This document shows, piece after piece, positions 47,412 to 57,647 of a DNA stretch of 64,000 nt. Source of the DNA: Nanobdellota archaeon. GTDB lineage: Archaea; Nanobdellota; Nanobdellia; Woesearchaeales; UBA583. The DNA is taken from NCBI GenBank assembly GCA_048625195.1, contig JBMCRE010000002.1:1747-65746 (forward strand), in the 5' to 3' direction. Position numbers and translations under genes: made by a program. The notes under the pieces are model-generated. The model worked only from the letters and a program-made list of their open reading frames with translations. It had not been told where the DNA came from and did no database searches. The first letter of the stretch is position 1. Every line of letters starts with the position of its first letter.

Positions 47412-48914
47412 CTATAAAGAATTAAGATATTCTTGTTTTTTTATTTTTTGTTGTTTTGCAAGTTTAAATAATAATCTATCGGATTTTGTTCCATATTGAG
47501 CAGCTTTTTTAGGTCTTTCAGCCATGTTGTTAGATAAATTCATATCTTTTAATATATCTCTTAATATTATCTTATTTCTATTAAGAGATTTATCTATCTT
47601 ATGTTTGGGACTTACTTTAGTTGCATAATTAATTAATTCATTATCTAAAAAAGGAACTCTTAATTCTATATTATTATACATAGATATCACATCATCTCTG
47701 TATAAATCCCTTAAGTATAATGATTTTAAACCTTCTAAACAAATTTTATTTATATCTTCTGCTTGTCTATACCTTTGATAGTCTGCAAATAATTCTTCAC
47801 TTCCAATTCCTGAAAAAATAACTTTAACATTATCTTTTTTTGCACTTTCTAATGCTATAAAAAGAGGGATTGCAACACTTACTTTTACATATTCCTTGCT
47901 TTGAATAATCTTCATTACTTTTTTTGTATAAATAGGCATATCATCTATTTTAAGTTGAGCAATTTTTAAATTCAAATCTTGTTCTTTTGCTATTTGTTTT
48001 GCAGCTTTTAAATCTTCACCATCAGTAATATTGCCCCCTATAAAATTTGCAGTATAACAAGTAAAATCTATATTTAATTCTTTTAAAGTTAAAGCAATTA
48101 ATGTAGAATCTACACCTCCTGAAAATAACACACCTACTTTTTTGTCTTTAGGAATTCTTTTTTTTATTGAATTAATAAATAATTTTTTAATCTCTTTTTT
48201 AATATTTTCATATTCTCCATTAATCTGTGGAGTAGTTGTAAAATATTTTTTTTTAACAAATTTTGTTTTATTTACTTTAACATCATAAATAAGATATTCT
48301 CTAGGATTTAATTCAAAAGAATTTTTAGGTAATACTTCAAATTGTGATGCAAAGGCAAATTTTTTTTCATCATTATATATACAAAGTGGTTTAATTCCAA
48401 TATTATCTCTAACTAAAAGTAATTTATTATTATTTAAGTAAGCAAATGCATAAGGCCCATCTAATTCTTTTAATAAATTTTCTACTTGTGTTTTATCTTC
48501 AATATTAATTTTATCTAATAATTTTAGTAATAAATCAGAATCAGAATTTGTTTTTAAATTATATTTATTTGATAAATATTCCCAATTATATATTTCACAA
48601 TTAGCAACAAGTGTTCCTTTATTTTTTAATGGTTGAGGTGCAAAATTAACAATAGAAAAAAGATTATGACCTAAACAAAAACTATAGTTATTATTATTAT
48701 ATTTATTATTAGTTTTATTATTGTTAAATGTATTACTTATATTGTTATTATTTTTTACTATATTTTCTAATTCTGATATATTATTTTTTATTATAATATT
48801 TTTTCCATCATAAATACCAAAAGCATCATCTCCTCTGCATGAAAATTTTTTTAATGCTTTAGTAGTATTTTGAATATTATCATCAAAATTAAAAAATCCA
48901 ATTATAGAACACAT
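47412..48914 (-). CDS. asnB: asparagine synthase (glutamine-hydrolysing)-like amidotransferase
   Basis: N-terminal MCSIIGF (Ntn Cys2) and PP-loop SGGVDS. Confidence 0.8.
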   Translation of the reverse strand: MCSIIGFFNFDDNIQNTTKALKKFSCRGDDAFGIYDGKNIIIKNNISELENIVKNNNNISNTFNNNKTNNKYNNNNYSFCLGHNLFSIVNFAPQPLKNKGTLVANCEIYNWEYLSNKYNLKTNSDSDLLLKLLDKINIEDKTQVENLLKELDGPYAFAYLNNNKLLLVRDNIGIKPLCIYNDEKKFAFASQFEVLPKNSFELNPREYLIYDVKVNKTKFVKKKYFTTTPQINGEYENIKKEIKKLFINSIKKRIPKDKKVGVLFSGGVDSTLIALTLKELNIDFTCYTANFIGGNITDGEDLKAAKQIAKEQDLNLKIAQLKIDDMPIYTKKVMKIIQSKEYVKVSVAIPLFIALESAKKDNVKVIFSGIGSEELFADYQRYRQAEDINKICLEGLKSLYLRDLYRDDVISMYNNIELRVPFLDNELINYATKVSPKHKIDKSLNRNKIILRDILKDMNLSNNMAERPKKAAQYGTKSDRLLFKLAKQQKIKKQEYLNSL

Positions 48915-49001
48915 CTTAATTAATAATAAATTAATTATATTTTATAAATATATAGTGATATTTTTTATTTTTTAATATTATTTTGATTTATTTGATTTTT
49001 G

Positions 49002-49688
49002 CTATTTTTTTATCTTGTTATCTTTTTTGTTTTGATAATTTTTATATATTAAGTACTGTATTAATTGAGTTGGTAGCGCTAATACAAAAAAAACAATTAA
49101 AGGCCATGAATTAGTATATAAAGAATGTGTATAGTTGATAGTTCCGCCAATATTAAAAATCCAATTAATATTTGATTGAGGGTTTGTAAATATTAATGTT
49201 AGTGTATATAAAAATAAAATATATATTAAGGAATAAAATAAAGTATATTTATTAGGTTTTTTATCATAAGTAAATAATAATGCAATATTCGTTGCAAAAA
49301 TATGTATTCCAATAGGAAGTAATACCCATAATCCATTTTGATTCTCGAAAACATAAGCAGTCATATTAAAAATGGAATAATTAAAAAGAAAAATTCCTAA
49401 AAAATCTATTGTCCAAATAAATTGACCTAAAAATCCTATATTAATTAATCCTTTAATAAAATTTATTTTTTTTAATAAAAAAGCAAATCCAAAAAATAAA
49501 GGTATATTATTACAAAGCCAAAAAAAAACATCATATTCACCTGATTTATAATTTCCTAAAAAAATAAAAAATTGCATAAATAAAAAGAAAAAAGCAATTA
49601 ATAAAAATTGATTATTTTGATTTTTTAACCATTTTTTTATCTTTTTTTTTAATAAATTTAACTGTTTTCTATCAAAAAAGTTGTTCAT
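49002..49688 (-). CDS. hypothetical polytopic membrane protein
   Basis: 228 aa with about six hydrophobic helices. No motif recognised. Confidence 0.5.
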   Translation of the reverse strand: MNNFFDRKQLNLLKKKIKKWLKNQNNQFLLIAFFFLFMQFFIFLGNYKSGEYDVFFWLCNNIPLFFGFAFLLKKINFIKGLINIGFLGQFIWTIDFLGIFLFNYSIFNMTAYVFENQNGLWVLLPIGIHIFATNIALLFTYDKKPNKYTLFYSLIYILFLYTLTLIFTNPQSNINWIFNIGGTINYTHSLYTNSWPLIVFFVLALPTQLIQYLIYKNYQNKKDNKIKK

Positions 49689-49763
49689 TAGGGTAAATAT
49701 ATATTTTATAATTTATAAATAAACCTAAAAATTGGGTTGTTATTTTGTTTTTTCATTTAAACT

Positions 49764-50888
49764 TCATTTTAAATAAATTTCTATAATATCTTGATCTTCA
49801 ACTATATGTTCAAAACCTACTTGTTGCCATTCAAATTTTACAGATTTTCCTTTTATTTTTGCAAATTTAAATTTATCTAAAAAATCTTTATGTATTTTTT
49901 CACAAACTCTTCTCATATTATCATTAAATTTTAAAACCAATGGTTTTTCAAAATCTGGTTCTTTTTTTTGTTCTTTTAGATAAACCCATATAAAACCTAA
50001 TTCTCTCCAGATATATTCTTTAAATCCTTCTAAATTAACATCCTTTTCTGCACTTATTCCATACAAAGGAAAACTAGGATATAATTCTTTAACCTTTTTT
50101 ATTGTACTTTTTAATTCTTCTTTTGAGCACATATCAATCTTATTTAAACAAATTATTCCTTTTGTATATACTAAATTATCATATATTGCATCAAGAAAAT
50201 CTTCAATAGTCAAATTATTTTCATGAATTAAAACTTCACCATTAACAATTTTATTATCATGTAATGTTTGTTTTATAATATCATAAGGAATATTTTCATA
50301 ACTTTGATTAATTGGAACACTTATTCCTCCTTTATATTTTCTTTTAATTTGTATAAATGGTTTAGATTTATTAATTCTAATACCTGAATGTTTTGTTTCA
50401 TGTAACAACATATTCATATCATTTATTGCCATTCTTGCATCTATGACAAACACTACTAAATCACATGATCTAACTACAGAGAGAACTTTTTTCCCAAAAC
50501 CTCTATTATCTGATGCTTTATCTATAATTCCAGGTAAATCTAATATTTGCAAATTAGTATGTTTATAATTTAACAATCCTGGAACTACCTCTAATGTGGT
50601 GAATTCATATGCTCCAATTTTAGATTCTTTATTTGTAATTTTACTTAAAAGAGTTGATTTTCCAACTGATGGTTTCCCAAGTAGTCCAACTGTAGCATCT
50701 CCTTCTTTTTTTACAGCATATCCACTGCCAGTTGTACTTTTAGAAGATTTAATTTCTAATTCTTTTTTGAGTTTTGCAATTTTTGCTTTTAGAAGACCTA
50801 CAGAACCTTCAGTTCTCTTATTAACCTTAGTATTTTTTAATTCATCTTCTAATTCTTTAATTCTATCTTCTAATTCATCAAAAGCCAT
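49764..50888 (-). CDS. DRG/Obg-family GTPase with C-terminal TGS domain
   Basis: GKPSVGKSTLL, DLPG, NKID, and a C-terminal TGS-like segment (HIVEDQDIIEIY). Confidence 0.85.
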   Translation of the reverse strand: MAFDELEDRIKELEDELKNTKVNKRTEGSVGLLKAKIAKLKKELEIKSSKSTTGSGYAVKKEGDATVGLLGKPSVGKSTLLSKITNKESKIGAYEFTTLEVVPGLLNYKHTNLQILDLPGIIDKASDNRGFGKKVLSVVRSCDLVVFVIDARMAINDMNMLLHETKHSGIRINKSKPFIQIKRKYKGGISVPINQSYENIPYDIIKQTLHDNKIVNGEVLIHENNLTIEDFLDAIYDNLVYTKGIICLNKIDMCSKEELKSTIKKVKELYPSFPLYGISAEKDVNLEGFKEYIWRELGFIWVYLKEQKKEPDFEKPLVLKFNDNMRRVCEKIHKDFLDKFKFAKIKGKSVKFEWQQVGFEHIVEDQDIIEIYLK

Positions 50889-50991
50889 TATATATAATAA
50901 ATTAATATTTGTTTTTAAAAATTTGTTGTTATATTTAAAATTCTAATCAATAATAACATTAATAATTTTGAAAAACTCTAAAAATCATGAA

Positions 50992-51019
50992 AACACTCTA
51001 AAGTAAGTTTTAGAGTGTT
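50992..51019. promoter_or_regulatory. perfect 11-bp palindrome (AACACTCTAAA-gtaagt-TTTAGAGTGTT) in a divergent intergenic region
   Basis: Arms at 50992-51002 and 51009-51019 are exact reverse complements. A related half-site, aaactctaaaa, lies at about 50972-50982. Confidence 0.3.
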
Positions 51020-51158
51020 GCTAAGCGAAAAAAAATATAGTGAATAGAGGTGAATTATAAAATTAGGGATATTCATAATAATTTAGTAAATGTGAAAAAA
51101 TCTCTTTATATATCATATTTCAAACATGTTTTTAAATAAAATCATATATAATATTATT

Positions 51159-51473
51159 ATGCAGAACGATATTAATTCATTAAAAAAAATAATAGAAAAT
51201 AATAAAAAAAATCCTGACTTTATAATAATAGATGTAAGAGAGAGTTTTGAATATAAAAATAAAAAAATACCTAATTCAAAATCATTGCCATTAAGTCAAA
51301 TTGAAAGTTGGTTCTATCAATTAAAAAAAAATAAAAAATATATCATATATTGTAAAAGTGGTAATAGGTCTGAAATGGTAGTGAGTATGATGTTGAAAAA
51401 AGGTTTTAAGGATGTGAAAAATATGGATGGAGGTATTCTTGCATGGAATAAGATGGGATTTGAAACTATATAA
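51159..51473 (+). CDS. rhodanese-domain protein (single domain)
   Basis: IIDVRESFEY and active-site loop CKSGNRS. The ORF-track start at 51126 is only ~20 nt from the TTTATATA box at 51105, so the ATG at 51159 is preferred. Confidence 0.75.
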   Translation: MQNDINSLKKIIENNKKNPDFIIIDVRESFEYKNKKIPNSKSLPLSQIESWFYQLKKNKKYIIYCKSGNRSEMVVSMMLKKGFKDVKNMDGGILAWNKMGFETI

Positions 51474-51549
51474 AAAAATAAATTAATAAAATTAGATAAG
51501 GAATCTTAGAATAAAAATATTTGATTACTATTAGAACTTAATTTTTAAA

Positions 51550-53247
51550 TTAAAAATAATCTGTTAGATTCATGTTTTTGTCTTTGTTTTCTTCTTCAAA
51601 CTGTTTGTAAGTGTCAACTAGCTTATCAACTTCATCATCACTTACTTCCCTGATTTTAATTTCTTTTGGTTTACCTAAAGATTGAGGTTTTTCAATTCTT
51701 TGACTTGTTAAAACTGTGTTTTCATTATTTGTATTGTAATTGATATGTGCAATTTGTTCTTTAATTTTTATTGCTATTTTTTCTCCTACAATTCTTGACA
51801 ATTGAGAAAATTCTACTCTTTTTAAATCAAACATTTTTTTTAAACCTGCAGAATATAGTTTTCTTGCTCTTACCCTACCTATAAATTTTAGATTTACTAA
51901 AGGAATTAATTCCGATTTTATCCCAAATTTAAATCTAATTCTTAATTTACTTATAAGGTTCTTAAAATATACATGTTTTTTTATATAAGATAACTCCTCT
52001 AAACAATATAATAACCAATCTATAACTTCTACCTTATAGTTGAGTTCTCCTGGTGTTATATTATATTTGTCGCAAAGGAAGTCTTCTGGTATTTCTTCAA
52101 TCCAATCCATTAATATATCAGTTGTTTTTAAAGAATGCATAAAATTTTCATAATCTATTTCAAATGGGTCATATTTAATTACCATTGAATCTGCAATATC
52201 TTCTATTTTAGAGATATATTTTTCTTCTTCATTTTTATATACTCGAAATAGTGGACGCATTTCTATTGTATTAGTAATAAAGTTAATTAATGAATAGTAT
52301 ATCTGTTTATGATTAGGATCATTTTCAAATATATTTACAAATTTTTCAATATTTTCTAAAAAGTAATAAGCAGTATCAGGATTTAAATATAACTCTGATA
52401 CTTTTTTACCTAATTGAGTTGCAATATAATAATCATCATCTTGGACAACAAAACTATATTCTTTCAATAATTCTATAATTCTGAATATATTATAATTTAA
52501 TGATTCAATATCTTTATATTGATGAGCATAGAAAGTTGATGCAAAAAATTTTTTTATTTCTTCTTTAGAATTAATCATATCCATTGCAATTAGAGATAAT
52601 AAGTACATTTTTAATGTGGGTTCTACTGCTAGTTTTGATAATACTTCTTCATATTTTCCAAAAACATATTTTGAAACAATTTCATCTATTTGTGTTTTAC
52701 TGTTTAGACATAAAACTGATTTTCCTACTTTCTCACAACCAGGCCTACCAGCTCTTCCAGCCATTTGATGATATTCTAATATTGGGATATCTCTCATCCC
52801 TCTTTGAGAATATCTTTTATAATCTTTAATGATAACTTGATATGCTGGTAAATTTAATCCTGCTGCAAGTGTTGGGGTAGAGGATATTGCCTTGATGATT
52901 CCTTTTTTAAAAGCATCTTCAATTAAATATCTTTGTTTTGTAACTAATCCGCTATGGTGAAATGCCACACCTTTTTGAACACATCTAGATAGTTTTTTGC
53001 ATTGTGTTGTTGGATTTGATAACGAATTTAATATTTTGTTTGATAAAGTTTTAAGTTCTTCTTGATTTATACTATTTTTTAAAAATCTTGCTATTTTTTC
53101 TGCTGTAGCCTCAGATGATCTTTTTGAATTATTGAAAATTAGAACTTGTTTGTTTTTATCAAGTGTATCTAATACTAAATTTATTACATTATCTTGTGTT
53201 TTAGGCTCTATTTTTTGAGTATCTATGATGCAGAGTTTAGAAGTCAT
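51550..53247 (-). CDS. hel308: Hel308/Ski2-like helicase, C-terminal portion (RecA2, winged helix, ratchet, HhH domains); RecA1 domain absent
   Basis: QVLIFNNSKRSSE (motif IV region), TPTLAAGLNLPA (V), QMAGRAGRPG (VI), and a C-terminal HhH (FIGRVRARKLYSAGL). No Walker A or DEAH motifs. The upstream neighbour is an unrelated membrane protein. Confidence 0.8.
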   Translation of the reverse strand: MTSKLCIIDTQKIEPKTQDNVINLVLDTLDKNKQVLIFNNSKRSSEATAEKIARFLKNSINQEELKTLSNKILNSLSNPTTQCKKLSRCVQKGVAFHHSGLVTKQRYLIEDAFKKGIIKAISSTPTLAAGLNLPAYQVIIKDYKRYSQRGMRDIPILEYHQMAGRAGRPGCEKVGKSVLCLNSKTQIDEIVSKYVFGKYEEVLSKLAVEPTLKMYLLSLIAMDMINSKEEIKKFFASTFYAHQYKDIESLNYNIFRIIELLKEYSFVVQDDDYYIATQLGKKVSELYLNPDTAYYFLENIEKFVNIFENDPNHKQIYYSLINFITNTIEMRPLFRVYKNEEEKYISKIEDIADSMVIKYDPFEIDYENFMHSLKTTDILMDWIEEIPEDFLCDKYNITPGELNYKVEVIDWLLYCLEELSYIKKHVYFKNLISKLRIRFKFGIKSELIPLVNLKFIGRVRARKLYSAGLKKMFDLKRVEFSQLSRIVGEKIAIKIKEQIAHINYNTNNENTVLTSQRIEKPQSLGKPKEIKIREVSDDEVDKLVDTYKQFEEENKDKNMNLTDYF

Positions 53248-53278
53248 AATAAAACATATATATCCTTAATTATAAATC

Positions 53279-53896
53279 TTATGAATCTTTTTGAGTAACT
53301 TTATTTTTAAATATGTAATAAATTACCATGGACAAGCATGCGCCTACTCCTGCAAAAAACATATCTTTTTGTGCGTCCCAGACATCTCCTTGAGAACCTA
53401 AAAATGCTTCACTTGCGTTAGGATTTGATAAAACTGCAAACATACACTCTATTATTTCATAAATTGCTCCTGTTGTAAATATGATTAATATTGGAACCAA
53501 AAATATCCAAAAGTTTGACTTGATTTTAGATGTCTTTTGAAATATTTCACTAAATGGAATTGCAAGTAAAAAACCATATGAAAAGTGAACTATTCTATCA
53601 AAATGATTTCTTTGCCAATCAAATAAGTTTACTAAAAAGTGTATAGGAACTTCTGCATAGGTGTAATGTGCGCCTATTTCTACTATGATTGCATATATAA
53701 AAAAAAGTGTATAAGATAAATTAGTAAATCTAAATTTTTTATATGTACAAATTAAGATTAAAATTGTAATTATAATTATTATATTTTCTATAAACCACAT
53801 ATATCTATATTTAGGAGATATTGCTAAAACTATGAATACTAAAAAAAATGTTATTAAATAAAAAATTGGTAAATTTTGATTTATATTAATTTTCAT
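53279..53896 (-). CDS. YjdF/DUF2238-family membrane protein
   Basis: LSYTLFFIYAIIVEIGAHYTYAEVP...RNHFDRIVHFSYGFLLAIPFSE matches the YjdF signature as I recall it. Confidence 0.65.
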   Translation of the reverse strand: MKININQNLPIFYLITFFLVFIVLAISPKYRYMWFIENIIIIITILILICTYKKFRFTNLSYTLFFIYAIIVEIGAHYTYAEVPIHFLVNLFDWQRNHFDRIVHFSYGFLLAIPFSEIFQKTSKIKSNFWIFLVPILIIFTTGAIYEIIECMFAVLSNPNASEAFLGSQGDVWDAQKDMFFAGVGACLSMVIYYIFKNKVTQKDS

Positions 53897-53956
53897 ATAA
53901 ATAGATTATTTCAATTGTTTTTAAAAGTTACTATTATTATTTTAAGAAAATAATAA

Positions 53957-55033
53957 TTATAAATTCTCACTATTAGCATTTGATTTATTTAACTTTTCAC
54001 CTAAGTATATATGATTTACCTTTCCAACTTTTATTCTTTTTAATATTCTTTTTGAATGAAGTTTTGAAATAATTTTACTTAAGTTTGATTTTGTCAATTT
54101 AGGTATGTGATTTAGTATATCGTATTGGGAAATACCTTCTTGATTTTTTATTAATAAAACAACCTCTTTTTCGTTTTTAGTTAAATGTTTATTAATAATT
54201 TCATCAAAAATGTTTTTTGTTTTTTCTTCTTTTGTTTCTTCTTTTGTAATTTCTTCACCATCTTGTATATGATGTTTCATATCATAAACTTGATTACTTA
54301 AATCTTGATTTATAGAATTTTCATGAGTAGAATCTTGTGTTTTATCTTCTTTTTCTCTAAATCCCTTTTTATCAAAAATTAATTTGTTTGTTTTTTCTAA
54401 ATGTCTATATTTTTTAAATAATATTATTAATCCAATGCTTATTACTATTATAGGTATAATTATTGACACAATTAAAAGATAGTTTACTGGTTCTTTTGAA
54501 GAGCCTCCAACAGATGCATCTTTAAAATTAACTATGTAAAGTAAATCTCCTGTAATGTTATTTGTTACCCATTTTATATTTCCTTGGGGAAACATTTGAT
54601 AGTTTGAAGGGTATATATTTATAATTTCTCCAAAATTATCTCCCAATAGTAATTCAAAAGTTAATTCTTCTAATTCAAAATTAAAATTAAAATATGTTTT
54701 AAAAGAATCTGTACTTAAAATCTCCTTTGAAATGCTTTGGCTTTTTAACCTAATTCTAAAAGTATTTTGTTCTATGTCTTTTGATTCTATAATAATGTAA
54801 TCTCCTGCTGTAGAGTATGGAACATCTCCATTATTATCTAAGACATAACTTACTTGTGAATTAGATGGTTTCACAAAAGAAAATTTATTAATAGAATCAT
54901 TTTGATTAAAATGAATAATATAATTGAAAATTGTGTAATCTTTATAGATATTGCTTGTAACTTCAACATTTGCACTAAATGCATAAGTAGAGAGAAAAAT
55001 AATCATCAAGCCAAAAATTATTTTTTTTAACAT
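53957..55033 (-). CDS. membrane-tethered winged-helix (MarR/TrmB-like) protein with extracytoplasmic N-terminal domain
   Basis: Signal-like N-terminus, a ~170-aa external domain and one TM helix (LLIVSIIIPIIVISIGLIILF). A C-terminal wHTH follows (LTKNEKEVVLLIKNQEGISQYDILNHIPKLTKSNLSKIISKLHSKRILKRI). Confidence 0.5.
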   Translation of the reverse strand: MLKKIIFGLMIIFLSTYAFSANVEVTSNIYKDYTIFNYIIHFNQNDSINKFSFVKPSNSQVSYVLDNNGDVPYSTAGDYIIIESKDIEQNTFRIRLKSQSISKEILSTDSFKTYFNFNFELEELTFELLLGDNFGEIINIYPSNYQMFPQGNIKWVTNNITGDLLYIVNFKDASVGGSSKEPVNYLLIVSIIIPIIVISIGLIILFKKYRHLEKTNKLIFDKKGFREKEDKTQDSTHENSINQDLSNQVYDMKHHIQDGEEITKEETKEEKTKNIFDEIINKHLTKNEKEVVLLIKNQEGISQYDILNHIPKLTKSNLSKIISKLHSKRILKRIKVGKVNHIYLGEKLNKSNANSENL

Positions 55034-55085
55034 ATTTATATTGAGATAAACCTATTTATAAAATTTATTATTTTATTGAACAAAA

Positions 55086-55394
55086 TTATAAGTATTTTTT
55101 GAGATATTGTTCTGCATTAACTTCACTAATTCCTGAATTCATTAAACCTTGTTTTATAGATTCTCTTGAATATTGATATTTGTAATTTGTTATATAGTTT
55201 TTAGCAGTTTCATTCTCTTGTGAAATATCTTTTTGATTTTGACTTGAATAGTTGTTGTTACTATATTCTAATGACCCTTTTTTTGATTTTTGTTTTTTAT
55301 TTTTAATAATAAGATATTGACCTATACCTCCTATCAACAATCCTCCTACTAATATAACAATTAGCTTTATTAGATCACTAGTAAATGTTACCAT
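55086..55394 (-). CDS. hypothetical small membrane protein
   Basis: 102 aa with one N-terminal TM helix. Starts 8 nt after the gap stop. Confidence 0.45.
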   Translation of the reverse strand: MVTFTSDLIKLIVILVGGLLIGGIGQYLIIKNKKQKSKKGSLEYSNNNYSSQNQKDISQENETAKNYITNYKYQYSRESIKQGLMNSGISEVNAEQYLKKYL

Positions 55395-55402
55395 TGTATT
55401 TT

Positions 55403-56461
55403 TTATTTATGAATTAATTTTATAACTTCTATCATTCTATTTGAAAATCCAAATTCATTATCATACCATATAACTAATTTTAATAAGTTACCTGATATTA
55501 CTTTTGTACTCTTTGCGTCAATGATCCCTGAATGAGTATTTCCTATAATATCTGAAGAGACTAATTCATCTTCATTGTATTCCATTATACCATATAATTG
55601 TTTAGAGCATATTTCTTTTAAAAAATCATTTATTTCTTGAGTAGTAGTTTCTCTTTCTAATTCAATATTGATATCTGTAACACTTCCTGTTATAGTTGGT
55701 ACTCTATATGCTATACCATGAAGTTTTCCTTCTAGTTGAGGAATTAATTTAATTACTGCTTTTGCTGCCCCTGTAGATGTTGGAATTATGTTTTGAGCTG
55801 CTGCCCTTCCTCTTCTTAAATTAGAATGACCTGTATCTACAACTCTTTGATCTCCTGTATAAGAATGAATTGTTGCAAACATCCCTTTTTTTATACCAAA
55901 TTTATTATTAACTTCATTTATAATTGAACTCATTGAGTTAGTTGTACATGAGCCATTTGAAACTACCTTATATTCATCTTTATATTGATAATCGTTCACG
56001 CCTCTTACTAAATAAAAAACATCTCCTGATCCTGGTGCTGAAATAACTACTTTTTTTGCACCATTTTTTAAATGTATATCAACTTGTTCTCTATCTTTGA
56101 ATTTACCAGTACATTCGGCAACTACATCAATGTTTAATTCATACCATGGTAGATTGTTAATATCTTTTTCTTGTAAAATTTTAATTTGCTTGTCTCCGAC
56201 CAATAAATAATCATCTTTGGTTGAAACCTTATGTGGGAATGAACCTTGAGCAGAATCATATTGTAACATATATCTTGCAGTTTCTACACCTGATAAATCA
56301 TTTATTGCTACAAACTCTATGTTAGGATCATTAAAACCTGCCCTGAAAATTAATCTACCTATCCTACCAAAACCATTAATTGCAACTCTTACTTTTTTAG
56401 TATTACTTACTTCTTTTTTTATATCTTCTATTATTTGTTCTGTCATATATTTATTCTGCAT
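55403..56461 (-). CDS. gap: glyceraldehyde-3-phosphate dehydrogenase, class I (bacterial/eukaryotic type)
   Basis: NGFGRIGR NAD-binding motif, active site SNGSCTTNS, WYDNEFGFS. Confidence 0.9.
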   Translation of the reverse strand: MQNKYMTEQIIEDIKKEVSNTKKVRVAINGFGRIGRLIFRAGFNDPNIEFVAINDLSGVETARYMLQYDSAQGSFPHKVSTKDDYLLVGDKQIKILQEKDINNLPWYELNIDVVAECTGKFKDREQVDIHLKNGAKKVVISAPGSGDVFYLVRGVNDYQYKDEYKVVSNGSCTTNSMSSIINEVNNKFGIKKGMFATIHSYTGDQRVVDTGHSNLRRGRAAAQNIIPTSTGAAKAVIKLIPQLEGKLHGIAYRVPTITGSVTDINIELERETTTQEINDFLKEICSKQLYGIMEYNEDELVSSDIIGNTHSGIIDAKSTKVISGNLLKLVIWYDNEFGFSNRMIEVIKLIHK

Positions 56462-56576
56462 TATACTTTTATTAAAACTTTATTATCCTTTCTTAGTGAT
56501 TATTAAATTACTCAGGTAAAATTACTTTAATAATACTATATAATAATTATTAAATAAATTCTTTTTCAAAGAAAAA

Positions 56577-56584
56577 TTTATAAA
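56577..56584 (+). promoter_or_regulatory. TATA box (TTTATAAA)
   Basis: The first T lies 30 nt upstream of the ATG at 56607. Confidence 0.5.
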
Positions 56585-56606
56585 TTTGTATTAATTCAGA
56601 GTTAAA

Positions 56607-57575
56607 ATGGAAAAATATTATTCTCCAAAGGGAATGTTGTTATGGGATTCATGGTTTATTAAAAAAAATGATAAATATCATGCGTTTTATTTACAAGCAT
56701 TACCATCAAAAAATCCTGAAAATCGTCATAATAATAAAGTTTCAATTGGACATGCAATATCAACAGACTTATTTAATTGGAAAGAATTTCCAACTGTACT
56801 TACACCTGGTAATAAAAATGACTGGGATAGTTTAGCTTTATGGACAGGAAGTATTATAGAAAAAGATGGAAAATACTTTATGTTTTATACCGGACGACGA
56901 GATAAACCTAATGAGAAACAAATTCAAAGAATTGGTCTTGCAACTTCAAATGATTTATTTAATTGGAAAAAGTATGAAAATAATCCTATTATTGAGGCAG
57001 ATAATTGTATTTATGATATGAATAATAATAAAAATGCAATTGGAAAAATGAGTATCTGGCGTGATCCATATGTTTTTCAAGATCCAAAAACAAACAAGTA
57101 TTATATGATTATTGCGGCACGAAAAAAAGGGGTTGAAACCGAATATAATGGATGTATTGCAATTGCTCAATCTGACAATCTGTTTGATTGGAAATTATTA
57201 CCACCATTACTTGAACCAAACATTTATGATGAAATGGAAGTACCCCAGATGATTATTCATAAGGGTATCTATTACCTATTCTTTTCAACTCATGCATCTA
57301 ATTATAAACCCGATTATGCAAAAAAAATGGGATCTTTTGGGGGCAAACATTGTTATTATTCAAGTGAACTTTTTGGAACATATAAACCTATTAATACAAA
57401 TGGTATTGTATATAATTATGAGAATAAAATTTATGGATTAAACATAATTGCTTCTCAAGGTAATGTTTTCAAGGCTTTGGGTTGGTTAAATGAGGATATT
57501 CATGGAAAATTTGTTGGGAAATTATCTCATCCAATTGAGATGGAAATCAATGATGATAAAATTATAATTAAATAG
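56607..57575 (+). CDS. GH68/GH32-clan (beta-fructofuranosidase/levansucrase-like) five-bladed propeller hydrolase
   Basis: LWDSWF (nucleophile Asp motif, as in WDSW of levansucrases), WTGSII...FMFYTG, WRDPYVF (RDP) and MEVPQM (acid/base Glu). No signal peptide. Confidence 0.65.
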   Translation: MEKYYSPKGMLLWDSWFIKKNDKYHAFYLQALPSKNPENRHNNKVSIGHAISTDLFNWKEFPTVLTPGNKNDWDSLALWTGSIIEKDGKYFMFYTGRRDKPNEKQIQRIGLATSNDLFNWKKYENNPIIEADNCIYDMNNNKNAIGKMSIWRDPYVFQDPKTNKYYMIIAARKKGVETEYNGCIAIAQSDNLFDWKLLPPLLEPNIYDEMEVPQMIIHKGIYYLFFSTHASNYKPDYAKKMGSFGGKHCYYSSELFGTYKPINTNGIVYNYENKIYGLNIIASQGNVFKALGWLNEDIHGKFVGKLSHPIEMEINDDKIIIK

Positions 57576-57647
57576 TTACGATATACATTTTAATTGTCAA
57601 TGTTTGTTTAGTGATGTTATGTTTGTATCATATTAAAAATGTATGAT

